A DNA stretch of 64,000 bases from Podospora anserina. Taxonomy: Eukaryota. The position numbers were made by a program, and so were the translations under genes. A model generated the notes under the pieces. The model saw only the letters and a program-made list of their open reading frames with translations, did no database searches and had not been told where the DNA came from. This document shows, piece by piece, positions 23,101 to 33,589 of the stretch; position 1 is the stretch's first letter; each line of letters opens with the position of its first letter. The DNA lies in assembly GCA_017654855.1 (NCBI GenBank), contig CM030336.1, positions 3,286,001-3,350,000 of the forward strand, read 5' to 3'.

Positions 23101-24327
23101 GTCTTTCAGATCCTGCATGATTGTGCCGTTGACAAAGAGGGTGGTGCGAGCATTGTCGAGGGACGCCTGGCCGTTAGCCACTTGCTTTTTGAAGTCTTCA
23201 ATGGCAATGTTGAGCTCAGCCATGGAGGTCTTGTCTTCCTCCGATTGTGATCGGGCGACTTCCAGCTCGTGTTGTTTGTAGGCGAGTTGGCTCTTGAGAT
23301 CCGCGATGGTAGCTCGGGCTTCAGAAAGCTCTGTGCCCTGGGTAGAGCACCATTGGCGCTGCGCATCCAGCTCTTGTTTTTTCGAGGCAAGCTCCTGACT
23401 CTGTGCGGCGAGCTGCTGGTTCAAATTGTCGATGGTAACCTGATTCTCGGCTAGGGTCGTGTGGAGATTCTTTACGGTCGCTTGCTCAGCCTCCAGGTTG
23501 AGAGTAAGCTGGTCGATACTAATCTTGTGCTGGGTTACCGCAGCACGCTCCTCAACGAGAGCTGCCTTGTTAGTCTTGACTTCCTCCCTGAGTTCCTTGA
23601 TCTCGTCGTGCTGGTGGACGACAGTGCTCCTCGCCTTGGCGAGATTGACTGTGAAGTCGGCGACCTCTCGCTTGAGCGTATCGGTACCACCGCAGCTGGT
23701 GCATGGCTTAGCTGGTCCTTGCGAAGCTTGCTGCTGCCCGTTGGCATTTTGCTGGACCGGCCCGATACCAGTTGAAGAATTCTTCGCGGCCGTTTGCCGG
23801 TTCTCTTCAATGATCGCGCGGAGCGAGGCTATCTCTGCATCCTTCTTCGCCGTGATCATCCCGAAATCAGCCATCCTCACCCTCAACTTCTCATTTTCAT
23901 CTTGCGTCTCATGTACCCGTGCAGCCAGCTGGGTAACTGTGTCGTTCTGGTGAAACGGGGCAGGAGGCGTCCGAAAACCACTGGCAGGAAGTGCAGTGCT
24001 GGCAGCAGCGAAGGGAGTTCGATCGGTCCGGGAAACAGACGAGGAAGCAATTCTCTTCGTGGCTGGACTATTGTTGGGGGTGTCGACGTAACTAACGTTT
24101 CTTTTCTGGGAAGCGGCCTTACCATCCTCCTCCTCCTCGTCTTCGTCGTCGGAAATGAGCGAGACATAGGTTTTATTGTTGTTGGGTCGAGGGGGCCAAT
24201 CGTCTTCCTCGTCATCGCGGCCGTTGTTGCTGCTGTTAGAGGGCTTGTTCTGCCACATCCATCCGCGGTTTCCATTTCCACTTTGTCGGCGGGCGTTACT
24301 CCGCGGGTAGCGTGCGTTGCTTGCCAT
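20182..24327 (-). CDS. Large coiled-coil protein of unknown function; probable 66-nt intron at 21377-21442
   Basis: 1381-codon ORF with a long E/Q/K/L/A heptad-rich centre and disordered termini. Confidence 0.85.
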   Translation of the reverse strand: MASNARYPRSNARRQSGNGNRGWMWQNKPSNSSNNGRDDEEDDWPPRPNNNKTYVSLISDDEDEEEEDGKAASQKRNVSYVDTPNNSPATKRIASSSVSRTDRTPFAAASTALPASGFRTPPAPFHQNDTVTQLAARVHETQDENEKLRVRMADFGMITAKKDAEIASLRAIIEENRQTAAKNSSTGIGPVQQNANGQQQASQGPAKPCTSCGGTDTLKREVADFTVNLAKARSTVVHQHDEIKELREEVKTNKAALVEERAAVTQHKISIDQLTLNLEAEQATVKNLHTTLAENQVTIDNLNQQLAAQSQELASKKQELDAQRQWCSTQGTELSEARATIADLKSQLAYKQHELEVARSQSEEDKTSMAELNIAIEDFKKQVANGQASLDNARTTLFVNGTIMQDLKDQVVATSESDSSGGANKDKNKLPDLEAESLRVRLKDSEHEIETLKQRLDKAEKECEGFRTNYYKDQQEKKNFGSNLRSVWEKEDEANARVEGLEEELARQQRQLVESEAELRQQQERAGECEARLEQQRQAFDQEKEMMETVIASLEDELTRLRSEAAPEMETLKATLQSVNEQLSRVQSERDEAVKDANGHRDMYQRQAGKLESSKKASDMSRAYVTSLKNQLATKGEQIAHLEEKVKDLEVELAACQNWAIEGEAQRVQAQEELQRHKAQDDKNLETIKQNEATIIQLDTEVAGQSQTIQAMQATIAELQAQLHPGNRPGNQAAIQSHTAHLESQIQQKDMELASAKEQLDRLFNQYNDLTHERAKLAESNKTLCTHMNKLGAERDQALHTLEATKAALLQAEDDADFFRRREKALEEGDDPEFAHMESEWAPKLRDAKAQHEEASRELERCRQKVEELQIQLQTVSRQKNETLRQLESSRGQLAKFQLTVEDLNSQLSKAAEGCMDPAVLSNLMEAGSTIDPVVKDMLQKAREIQSAGDIPRKDGNGVSSMFVDPLLCLFGLYLFFANFLCSREPTADVAIVLPMALRAEPFPDCKLKSLKKEGLYKMIRDLEAEHERIDDAIRALIMRVRAEKIKTAALEKEVRVWKAISTTKDMLIDQATARLLGSPHGAEIKDHADFGFDLDFNERSPKPELDVEMIDVMPPRKSLVMTFGPTRKGYQCWKGDDLPGYDRLDVDASKQDRLGYLTGKGKSIVKYLEDRGCPPHPEVPGPSPGPIMVSAFHSEASMDIDDEETGSRYTASETASSPLRPLAPSLRSSSSHPSPASLPPVELGVARRGGASSIHYEPPSTPSSTQSYTSAVYPAPTSTPSHRGFPRGRYTASRFRPSSAPAFAEPSYPPRRTSAPTSTPQSWAAGDFVEQDDIDMEVLGSGFTMESIEQPEELEPEPPTDKGKGKERRGSGSAEGYGVD

Positions 24328-26194
24328 CTGTGAGGTTGCGATCAGCTGGTGAAGCGGTTAGGGATAATCAATTGTAAAAATGTGTGAAAAGAAAATATCT
24401 GTGGGTTCAGATGTGTAGCTGGGTGGGCAGGGAATCCGGAGGAGAGAGGCAGGGAAGGATTTGTGGAAGAGGTGATGGCTGGGAGGAAAAGAGCGTGATA
24501 GAAGTGTACGCCGACAAAATCGACTAATGGCAGGCAATCGCAGGCAGGAGCAGGTAAAAGGAAAGTTTGCAGCGTCAAGTGACTTGTAGAAAGTAAAATT
24601 AGACGATGAGGCAGGTGCTCAGGTAGTTCCAGGCTTCCAGAAACTGTCAGGATGTAGGGTGCAGGAGGAAGGCCGAGGTGATGAATGTCAATACTCGGTG
24701 ATTCCACAGGAAAGAGAAGGCAACTTACAATTTGACAACAGCTGGAACCGCGTCGCTCTCTTGCTTGGGCAGGAGCTAGTGGTGAAGTTGATGCTTGTAG
24801 ATGGGCGGGTTTTGGGAAGCACAATTTTCAAACTTCTTGCCTGTTGATTCGTAGTTGGCCGAACCTGTTGACTTTGGGCGAGGGTGATGTAGGTAAAAAA
24901 ATAACAAAGTTGGCAACACTTGGTTGGTTTGTGGGAACCCAAGTTGAAGTTGCAAATGGTAAGGATAACGTCGAGAGCAACTGGCTTGACAACTGGGTGT
25001 TGAATAGATTGGCGAGAAGTTTCTAGCCTCGACAAAAGCTCAGCTGTACCCCAGTTTAATTGGCGATAAGATGACTGGTAGAATACCGCTGTTCATCTCT
25101 TTGCAGAAACCGACTGCTGATGACCTGTTGACAGAAAGCCTTTGGGCATGTTCGAAAGGCATTTTCTGCTCTCAAAAACACTGGATATCAATATAAAAAG
25201 ACCGAAGCCAGGTGAAACACAAACCTTGTTCCTTGAAGTTGTAGTCACAGGACATCTTTAGTCCTAATCACATCAGATGGAAGTCAATATGAAAAGATGA
25301 TTCCTCTTGATGACCCTGGCCCACTACGTATTCAGCCCTACTTGTACCAAGGAATAGAAATAGCAGAAAGGGGTTCTTGAGAAGGACGTTACAGACCCGT
25401 GGGTTTTAACTCCTCATTTTTGACCTGATCTTGACTTAAGGCTGGAAGAATCTCAAAGCACAGCCGTGATAGAAAGTGCCCCTACAGTGAGCTGAGGCTG
25501 TTAAACAGATCAAACGAAAGGTGAATGTGCTAGTTATGCCAACAGATTGTGCCTAGAGTTTTATCAGCGACCAGTTCAACAATCACAAGAGCTCTTATTA
25601 TGCTACCAGATAAGGTATCTGATGTTAAAGGGTGCCTTGTAAGTTTAAGTCTTTCCTTATGTTCACAAAGTATTGTGAGGTAGTAGTAGCCTTGGATCTT
25701 CAGAAATATCACCACATTTTCGCTCACAGTTCGATGACTCGATTCTTCACAAATACCAAGTCTCTCATGTGGTGGGTAGGTAACTCGAAGGATATTCCCT
25801 AGATCAGCTGAGACAAATAGTGTTGAAATTCAAAGTGATCCCAGCGAATCATGCCGTCCCACTTATTCAGCCCCCTGTCTGCTTCGCCAGTCATCACCTC
25901 GACGGCCAGTGATGGTGGGCTTTCCACCAATGCACTGCAACGCTAGACGTGCTGACATGCATAGTCTTCGGCTGTTGGTTTGTGATTGTCGTTCGTTTCG
26001 CTTGTTTGGGTCAAGTCATTGTGGTGTTATGGCCGAGAAAGAGAACCACCTCAGCTGCGGGGTTCAAAAGGGTCGTGATGCCCAAGTTTACTTTCCCTGT
26101 CATTTATATTTCATGAATTTCTTTCATCATCTTTTATCTCTTGTGTAACCCAAAGAGCATCCCTCTTTGTCGTTGTGAGCAACATTCGCCCAAA

Positions 26195-27604
26195 ATGCCC
26201 ATTGACTTCCACCTGTCCGCTTCCCAGGAGGGAACCTATCAAGCTGCCCGGTCTTTGGCCCGCAATTTGCTGATGCCAGCCCGGCAAACCTATCTTCAAC
26301 ACCCACCCAACTCCCCTCTACGCTTCCAATCAACACAACCCACTTATGCCGCCGCGGTTTCTGCGGGGATTCTCAAGGGCCAAATCTCCCCTGCTCATGG
26401 AGGCACTGGCGGCACCCTCATTGAATCCGCCATCCTAGTAGAAGAATGCTACTCCGTCGAACCCTCCGCCGCCCTCACCATCTTCGCCACTGGTCTCGGC
26501 CTCACACCCATCAACCTCGCTGCTGGACCTCAGCACGCAGAATTCCTTGCCCCTTTCCTCAGTGGTGAAGGTAGCCCCCTTGCGTCTCTGGTCTTTTCCG
26601 AACCAGGTGGCGTAGCCAATGCCCTTGAAAAGGGCGCGCCAGGGTTCCAAACAACCGCCCGGCTGGAAGGAGATGAGTGGGTCATCAACGGAGAAAAGAT
26701 GTGGGCTACTAACTGCGCAGGCTGGGATTTCAAGGGGTGTGATCTTGCTTGTGTCGTTTGCAGAGATGCTACTACTCCGTTGGAAGAAGGACAAGATCCA
26801 GAAAACAAGGTGATGATCATTTTGGTTACGAGGGCTGATTTGGATAGGAATGGAGAGGGAAGCTTTGAAGTGTTGAGACATGTGGCTACACCGGGACATA
26901 CGAGTGTATCGGGACCTCACGTAAGGTATACTAATGTCAGAGTTCCGACGAAAAATGTACTTTGTCCGGCCGGACAGGGAGCAAAGGTAGCGTTTGGAGC
27001 CTTTGATGGGAGCGCTGTTTTGGTGGGGGCAATGGGGGTTGGCTTGATGAGGGCTGCTTTTGATGCTGCGCTAAAATTTGCCAAGGAGGACAACAGAGGA
27101 GGGGCAGTGCCACTGCTGGAGAGGCAGGCTTTTGCGGATCTGTTGAGCGGGGTAAAGATACAGACTGAAGCTGCGAGAGCACTGACATGGAAGGCTGCTC
27201 ACGCTATGGAGAATGGACCGGGTGACTATGATGCCAGGAGGGAACTGGCTCTGGCGGCCAAGGTGTTTTGCAGTGAGGCGGCTGTTAAGGCTTGTACGGA
27301 TGTGATCAATGCAGTCGGGATGTAAGTGTTCCTTCACTGGTCACAGCGATGAAGTGAAGGACAGCTGCTAAATTTGGGGTTCAGCTCGGCATACGACCTC
27401 CAAAGGCCATTCTCGGACCTCCTAAACACAGCTGTGGTGTTGCCGATCTTTGATGGTGGAAATGTTGGAATTCGTAGGCGCCATTTGTGAGTCAGCTAGC
27501 TTTATCTCCATGAGTTTAGGGTCAACTAACAGAACCATAGACAGCAGTTAATGCTGAAACCAACGTACGATGCCTGGTCATCAACGTATGGTAGTTTTCC
27601 TTGA
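26195..27604 (+). CDS. NAO: Nitroalkane oxidase (acyl-CoA dehydrogenase superfamily flavoprotein)
   Basis: MPIDFHLSASQEGTYQAARSLARNLL...FSEPGG...INGEKMWATN...AKVFCSEAA...AVGI|SAYDLQRPF...VLPIFDGGNVGIRRRHL|QQLMLKPTYDAWSSTYGSFP. Catalytic Asp lies in FDGGN. Introns 27321-27384 and 27487-27540. Confidence 0.93.
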
Positions 27605-30208
27605 CCCGGCTGCAGGATTGAAAGTAGGTGGCCAGTCGCATAAGGTGATTTCTGATGAAAAAAAGGCAGTCCAAAGGTCATACTGTTGGCTGAACTGAAG
27701 ACGCCCAACTCTCGGCTAATCTGTTTGTCTGACACTTTCGGCAGAGGAGAAGTCCGGCTGTTGTGTGGTAGCTGGTAGGAGTCAATAATGAATGTATATC
27801 CCGAGCTATCGCCCTCCAACCTTTGCTGCGCATTGCTGTCACAGAATACATCAAGGGTTTCAATATCTCGTGAAGCCATCAGCACGACAGTCCGAAAAAT
27901 GCCTGACTTGGGATACAAGCAGCTAGATGAAATTATTGAAAGATAAGGCCTTCTGTAGTGGCGTCGGGTTGTCATGCAACAGTAAACACCAGCCAAGGAA
28001 AGTCTGGTCAGCCTTAGACCGAGGTGGAGTAGATGACCCATCTTGGACCTATTAACCCCTTACTCTTTCATTCAACGCAATCAATCCTCTGCTTCGAATA
28101 ATGTAATTGAGAACTTTCACAATCCTGGTCAAAACATATTCAGCATATGTCGGTGCCGATAAAGGAACACTGGGAACACGCGCCAATCCTCAGGGTTAAG
28201 GGGTTTTGTGTATAGTCGTCACTCCGGTTCCGTCTGGGACTGTTCGTCAGGCTCGTCTCCTGAATCAGGCGGGAGGTTGACACCCGAAGAACCTCCATAT
28301 TTGAACCTAAGGGGCTTGGCTAGGCGAGCCAGCGTCTCAGGCCAGTGGCCGAGCGGTCCTGCTTCGTTGCGGAACGACCGATAAAGGCGCTGGTGAGCGC
28401 TAGGGACTGCGGAGAGGTATAAGAACGCGTATGAAAGTCTGGTGGTGTCAAGCTATCCAGTCTGTTCTGCTCACCAAAAAAGACCTTGGGAGCAACTGGC
28501 TGATCTGCCAGGACCCCAAGCATACCATTTCCCTCGGTTCATCACTATATCACGTCTTTCGTGAGCCCGACAAGCATGATCTCGAGTATGCTGAAAGATG
28601 TGGTTATGAGGCTTGATTGACTAAGATACCTAACTAAGAGTATTTGACACAGATGGGATGTTGGCTTAATATATGCTGAGTGACCTCCTAACAGCCCTGA
28701 ATACCCCCATGAAACCCATGTACCGATGCATTGCTCTCCTGGGGTCATGATCCTATTCTTGAGCAAAGTACATTCATGAATCCGGTGACTTGGATGCGAG
28801 AAACTTTCTATTCTATTGTATTTAGTAAGTTGTTCTTGGGGCATGAACAAGCTGAACAGTCAAAAGTTAGTCAACGAAAGGCTGGAGCGAATGTAGTTGA
28901 AAGTGGAGATATGTCAGAGTTAAGGAGTGGCAAGATCGAAAGATGGATAAGATAAGAGGAATTTGTTTTTCGGCACCCACCCACTTGGAAGTGTTAAGGT
29001 GCCTTAGGTAGCAACCCTTCGGCCCCTTCCACACTCACATAGCAAGTTAGCAAGGTTAACTATATTCTGTGTTTACTTTGCAGTGCTAGGTTCTTTTGTC
29101 CACTGCGTCGGCCTTCATTTAATTGTTGGATATTCCTAGCAGAGGTGGACATGAATGACCTCTGCTCTCTTTCTCACGGATGCATCGCATCGCATCTCGT
29201 ACCCTGCCAAACCGGCAGGAATTCGAACTCGAGGATAATCAGAAAGAGGCTGACTGCCCGACGCACAGGAATACTGGCAAACAGGCGCGTCCGGATTGAT
29301 CACATGCACAGCGCCGGGACATGTGTCCCCATCAACTCCGAACGCTGCTGTTTTCGCCAAATCATCACCAGGTGTCAGAGTAGCATCACTGGGAGGTACG
29401 TGCTTTCTATCAGCGTCCTTTGGCTCTGTGTTTAATCTCTAACAAGCAAGACCTATCCAGCTACGTTTCAGAAGGTTTCCCGTTTGCCACGATGCCGACC
29501 ACCGAACGAGTCATGCGTTACAAATCTGAATCAATTTTGCCAACCTTCGCCAAGTAGGAAGAGATGTCTTACCGTGCCAAACTGCTTGCCAAGGGACATG
29601 AAGTGGCTTGTAGGTTGAATGCTTCTATTTGAGGGATTAGGTCGACATTAACAAGACACATAATCAACAACCGAACAAAAAATGCTATAGATAACATCAA
29701 CATCAACCTCTATTTGATCCCCAGCAGCTCTGCCTTTCTCCTCTGGAGCCAACCCTCCCCTGTCGTCGATTGCTGGCACTTCCCTGCTACAGAAGAATTT
29801 CAAACCGGACTCAAAACTTTCGAAATCAACTTGACTCACAGCGTTTCGACCCCATTGCCCGGCTCGCCTCTGTTCCGGTGGTTACATCTAGGGTGAAATT
29901 TCACGTGGAGCAGGAGGTCGCACATCGACGGTCAGCAATTTTATAAAGACACCACCAGCTCGCATTCCGATCCTCCCTCTCCTTGTCCTCAGCCCATCCC
30001 GCACATCTCTCATCTCCTTTTTCCTCCACACACCCTTCGAGTCTGGCACTCAATCCCACCCTTTGTCTTGACTGCCGGTCAGCCATTCGTTTTCGTTGCA
30101 GCTTTGACTGCTTGTTCACACGATACACCCTTTTTAACTCCAACTTTTTTAGCACCTCAACACACCAACAAGCGTCAATTCTGGCAATTCGACCTACCTG
30201 ATTCCAAC

Positions 30209-31201
30209 ATGAGGATTACTTCCGTTATTGTGCTTGCCGCAGCGCTGGGCGCCTACGCTGCTCCTCAGGCCCTCAACACCAGGGATGTTACGACCGATGG
30301 GGTCTCCGCTAGAGGAGTGGCCCTTGGTGACGGAAGAGTTGCACTCCCTGCAGTGCAGCCCGGTAGCCGCACCCGCCGAGGCAGTAGTAGCAAGGCTGCT
30401 CGCTCTCTGGATGATATAATCGAGGCCCGTAGTCCCCAACGTGCACCACCACCACCACCATCACGTGGCGGAGCACCTCCCCCCCCTCAAACAGGAGGCG
30501 GTGGCGGTCGAGGTGGTGCTCCCCCTCCTCCCAACGGAGGCGGTCGGGGTGGTGCCCCCCCTCCTCCCAACGGAGGCGGTCGGGGTGGTGCCCCCCCCCC
30601 TCCTCCAAACGGAGCCGGCCGTGGTGGTGTCCCCCCTCCTCCCAACGGAGGCGGTCAATTCGGAGTAACCCCAGGTGGTGGCTTCAATGGCGGTGCACCC
30701 CCACAACCTACTGGAGGTCGTGGTGGTGAAAGACAGTTCAGACGTGCCGAAGTTTCAACCTCTGACGATGTTGACTCGGACTTTGTTGAAGGAGAGACAC
30801 TCGCCCTCACCGAGGCCAATCTCGCAGCAAGGGATGCAGAGCTCGAAGCACGGGACTTCAGCGACAATGACTCCGTCTTCTCCGCCGATGACGACGCCAA
30901 TTCGGTTTTCTCTGACGACTCTCTCGTTTCTGTTGATAGCCAGCGTGGTGGTAACCCCGCTGGAGTTCAGCCGCGGAGCCCGCAGTTCAGACCCCCTCCA
31001 CCACCTCCTCAGAGAGCCCCTCCCTCACCTGTTCGGAGACCCGCTCCTCCGCCTCCTCAGAGAGCTCCCCCTCCTCGGGTCCCAGCTCAAAGAGCACCTC
31101 CTCCACCTCCTCAGAGAGCCCCCCCTCCCCGTGCGCCAGCTCAAAGACCCCCTCCACCTCCTCAGCGAGCCCCCCCTCCCCCGCGCCCATTTAGAGCGTA
31201 G
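30209..31201 (+). CDS. Secreted Pro/Gly/Arg-rich repeat protein, putative multi-peptide precursor
   Basis: Signal MRITSVIVLAAALGAYA; 36-bp repeats encoding GGGRGGAPPPPN; acidic spacer; QRAPPP repeats; TATA-like TTTATAAA near 29940. Confidence 0.8.
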   Translation: MRITSVIVLAAALGAYAAPQALNTRDVTTDGVSARGVALGDGRVALPAVQPGSRTRRGSSSKAARSLDDIIEARSPQRAPPPPPSRGGAPPPPQTGGGGGRGGAPPPPNGGGRGGAPPPPNGGGRGGAPPPPPNGAGRGGVPPPPNGGGQFGVTPGGGFNGGAPPQPTGGRGGERQFRRAEVSTSDDVDSDFVEGETLALTEANLAARDAELEARDFSDNDSVFSADDDANSVFSDDSLVSVDSQRGGNPAGVQPRSPQFRPPPPPPQRAPPSPVRRPAPPPPQRAPPPRVPAQRAPPPPPQRAPPPRAPAQRPPPPPQRAPPPPRPFRA

Positions 31202-31739
31202 GCAGAACCACTGGCTAGACTCGATGGTGATGATGACTGATATGAGATGGAACCGACGCTCGTTTTTAATGTGCTGGGAACATTTGTGGATGACGATGAT
31301 TGTGATAGCCAAGTTCAAATTTTGATCGGCAGATATAGCTAGAGTATGTAGACTCTCTCTCGAGCCATGACGGCTTGGGACAGACATGAGAAAAGAGATT
31401 GACTGTATAAACTGTTTCACGTTGGCGAGTGAGGTTGATGTATCCATTTGTGGCTTGCTGATTGATGACGGTGATTCTCCTGTAGGAGAGAGGGCTGTCT
31501 GATCGGGAGGACTGAAGCCAGAAATACCCAGTCGGCAATGTACTTTTAAGACAGCACGAGGGCTGTTTTGATGGACCAAAATGTTGCTGGCTTGAAATTC
31601 TGTTATAGGGTTTCTAGCTGGTAGTACTTGGCGACAATTTTGATCAGCTTTTTCTTTTTAAGAAAAAAAAAACACATGCAAAACACTCGTCTGTCTTTGA
31701 CGAGCCCATGCTCTCGCTTCTCCAACTCGTTATAACGTT

Positions 31740-33589
31740 TCACCAGGCGTTGAGAGAGACATCCCCCTCAACGGTGATACCATCACCACCCACCGAACAC
31801 GTGCATTCTGTGCCCCCATTCAGGGCCCGGCTCCAGGAATGGATTATCCTCCACGACGCCAAAAAGATAGTCCATAGCGCCCACATTGATGACATCTTCA
31901 GACTCGTAGGTCCCCGAGTCCCCGAGAAAGCCTGCGTCGGGTATTTCACCCCCTTTCAGCCTCAAACCGATAGTATAAAGACCCCACTTGACTATCCCCG
32001 GCAGCTGAGCCGCCAGTCGGTCGCGGAGAAGTTCCAGTATCGATACCCAGCTCCCGTTCTGGAGCTTGACATCCACGTAAAGACGTCTTAGTGTGTGGCC
32101 GACGCCTTGGACAAATGTGAAAAATTCTTGCTGGTCTAGTTTAACTCCACAGACACGGAGCTCTTTTAGGTAGGGGAATGGCGGGCATTTTGATAGGGCA
32201 GGGCCGAGGTGGTAGCCGTCGCCGGGTCGACTGCCGCCCTCGAAATGAAGGCCGAAGCAGGTGAGGTCGATGTTAAGGGTTTTGAGTTTGGGGCTGGAGA
32301 TGACAGCGGAAATGTAACCGTTAATGATTTCTTTGTCTTGTCCCTCAATGGGGGCGGTTCGGGTCGGCGGGGGGTGGGTGTAATGATCAATGTGGACGGA
32401 TTGGAGGTCTTGGCATGAAATTCGGAGCTGGTGGAGGAGGGAGTCGAGGTCTTTGGTTGGTGGGAGGATCATACTGTAGTCACCCTTGCGAGGAAAGGCA
32501 TTCACAACTAGACTTTTGAGGTGATGGCCTGCTTGGTGGATGGCAACCGGGAGGTCGGTGAGGAGTCTGGCAACGAAGTTGCTGCCGTAGAGAAAAGGGC
32601 TTCGTTTATTTTCCAGCTCAGTCCGGCTTCGAGCCAGGAGGTGAGAGCGGCCTTGTCCAGGAGGATATTCGGATGATACTCGGCCAGGTCACTTTCTTCC
32701 ATGAACTGACACCTCTTGCTGTGATTGGTGTTGTAAAAGACGAGGTACTCAACTTTTCCTAGTCATTTGATTGCCGACGCAAACTTTTGGGCAAAGATTC
32801 CATCTTCGACAAGGCGGGACTGTTCCAAATGGAGAGCCTTGAACCGCTCATAGCTGTTGCGGAGAATGGAGCTCCACTCATCTCTTTCGCATTGTTGAGA
32901 CGTGTCGAACGCAGGCTCCTCCCAGATTTCCATCATTAAACTCCAGCTCTTGCATATCTCGTCAAAATTGCTAGCGGCCTCGCACGACTCGGCGGGCTCT
33001 GAAATAAACTCACCGTGTGAGTCCAGGAAGCCAATACTAGCTAGAAGTGGGATTTCGGCCGACTCCATATCGCTCTACCTGCTTATTCAAAAGTTGGAGG
33101 TGGGTGTTAGTGAAATAAACCGGGGCCTCCGCCAGAGCCTTGGTTCGGTATGCCATTTGCAGCTTGACAGAGCGAACGCCAGATGCGAGACGGGGCATCA
33201 CCAGTAGCTGCTCCAGCGTGTCGAGGGCGGTCTGGCTGATGTCAATGTGAATATGGGGGAGCAGAAGTGGCGGCTAGCTCACAAAAGAGGCGGTTGACAA
33301 GGCGAAGGTTGCGAATGTCGGACTGGTCCAGTTCACACTTTTCTCCTCCATGACAGACTGAGCAGTAGTCCCAGTCCCAGTCATAATGATGCTCGTGTGG
33401 AGTGAGCTCTTCGACAATTTCGCGAAGAATCTCCACGGGAAGGTCGTTAAGGGAACGATAGGATGTGCTCGGGGAGGAGTTGATGTGTAGGTCGCCGATG
33501 TCTTCGACAAGGTCATTCTCGGCGAGAGAGCTTGAAGGTGGGAGCCGTGTGGATGAACCACCCCTTATGCCGTTGTCATCGCAGTCCAT
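31740..33589 (-). pseudogene. F-box domain protein pseudogene
   Basis: SLNDLPVEILREIVEEL...DIRNLRLVNRLFCELA, continuing only after a frameshift (~33270) as PLLLPHIHIDISQTALDTLEQLL. Further frameshifts at ~33060 and ~32585 and an in-frame TGA at 32763-32765. C-terminal part is LRR-like (LKTLNIDL, LKELRV, LRRLYV). Confidence 0.75.

Noticed and set aside
27526-28955. Short ORFs downstream of NAO
   Set aside because: No recognisable motifs or consistent splice model; gene relics cannot be excluded.
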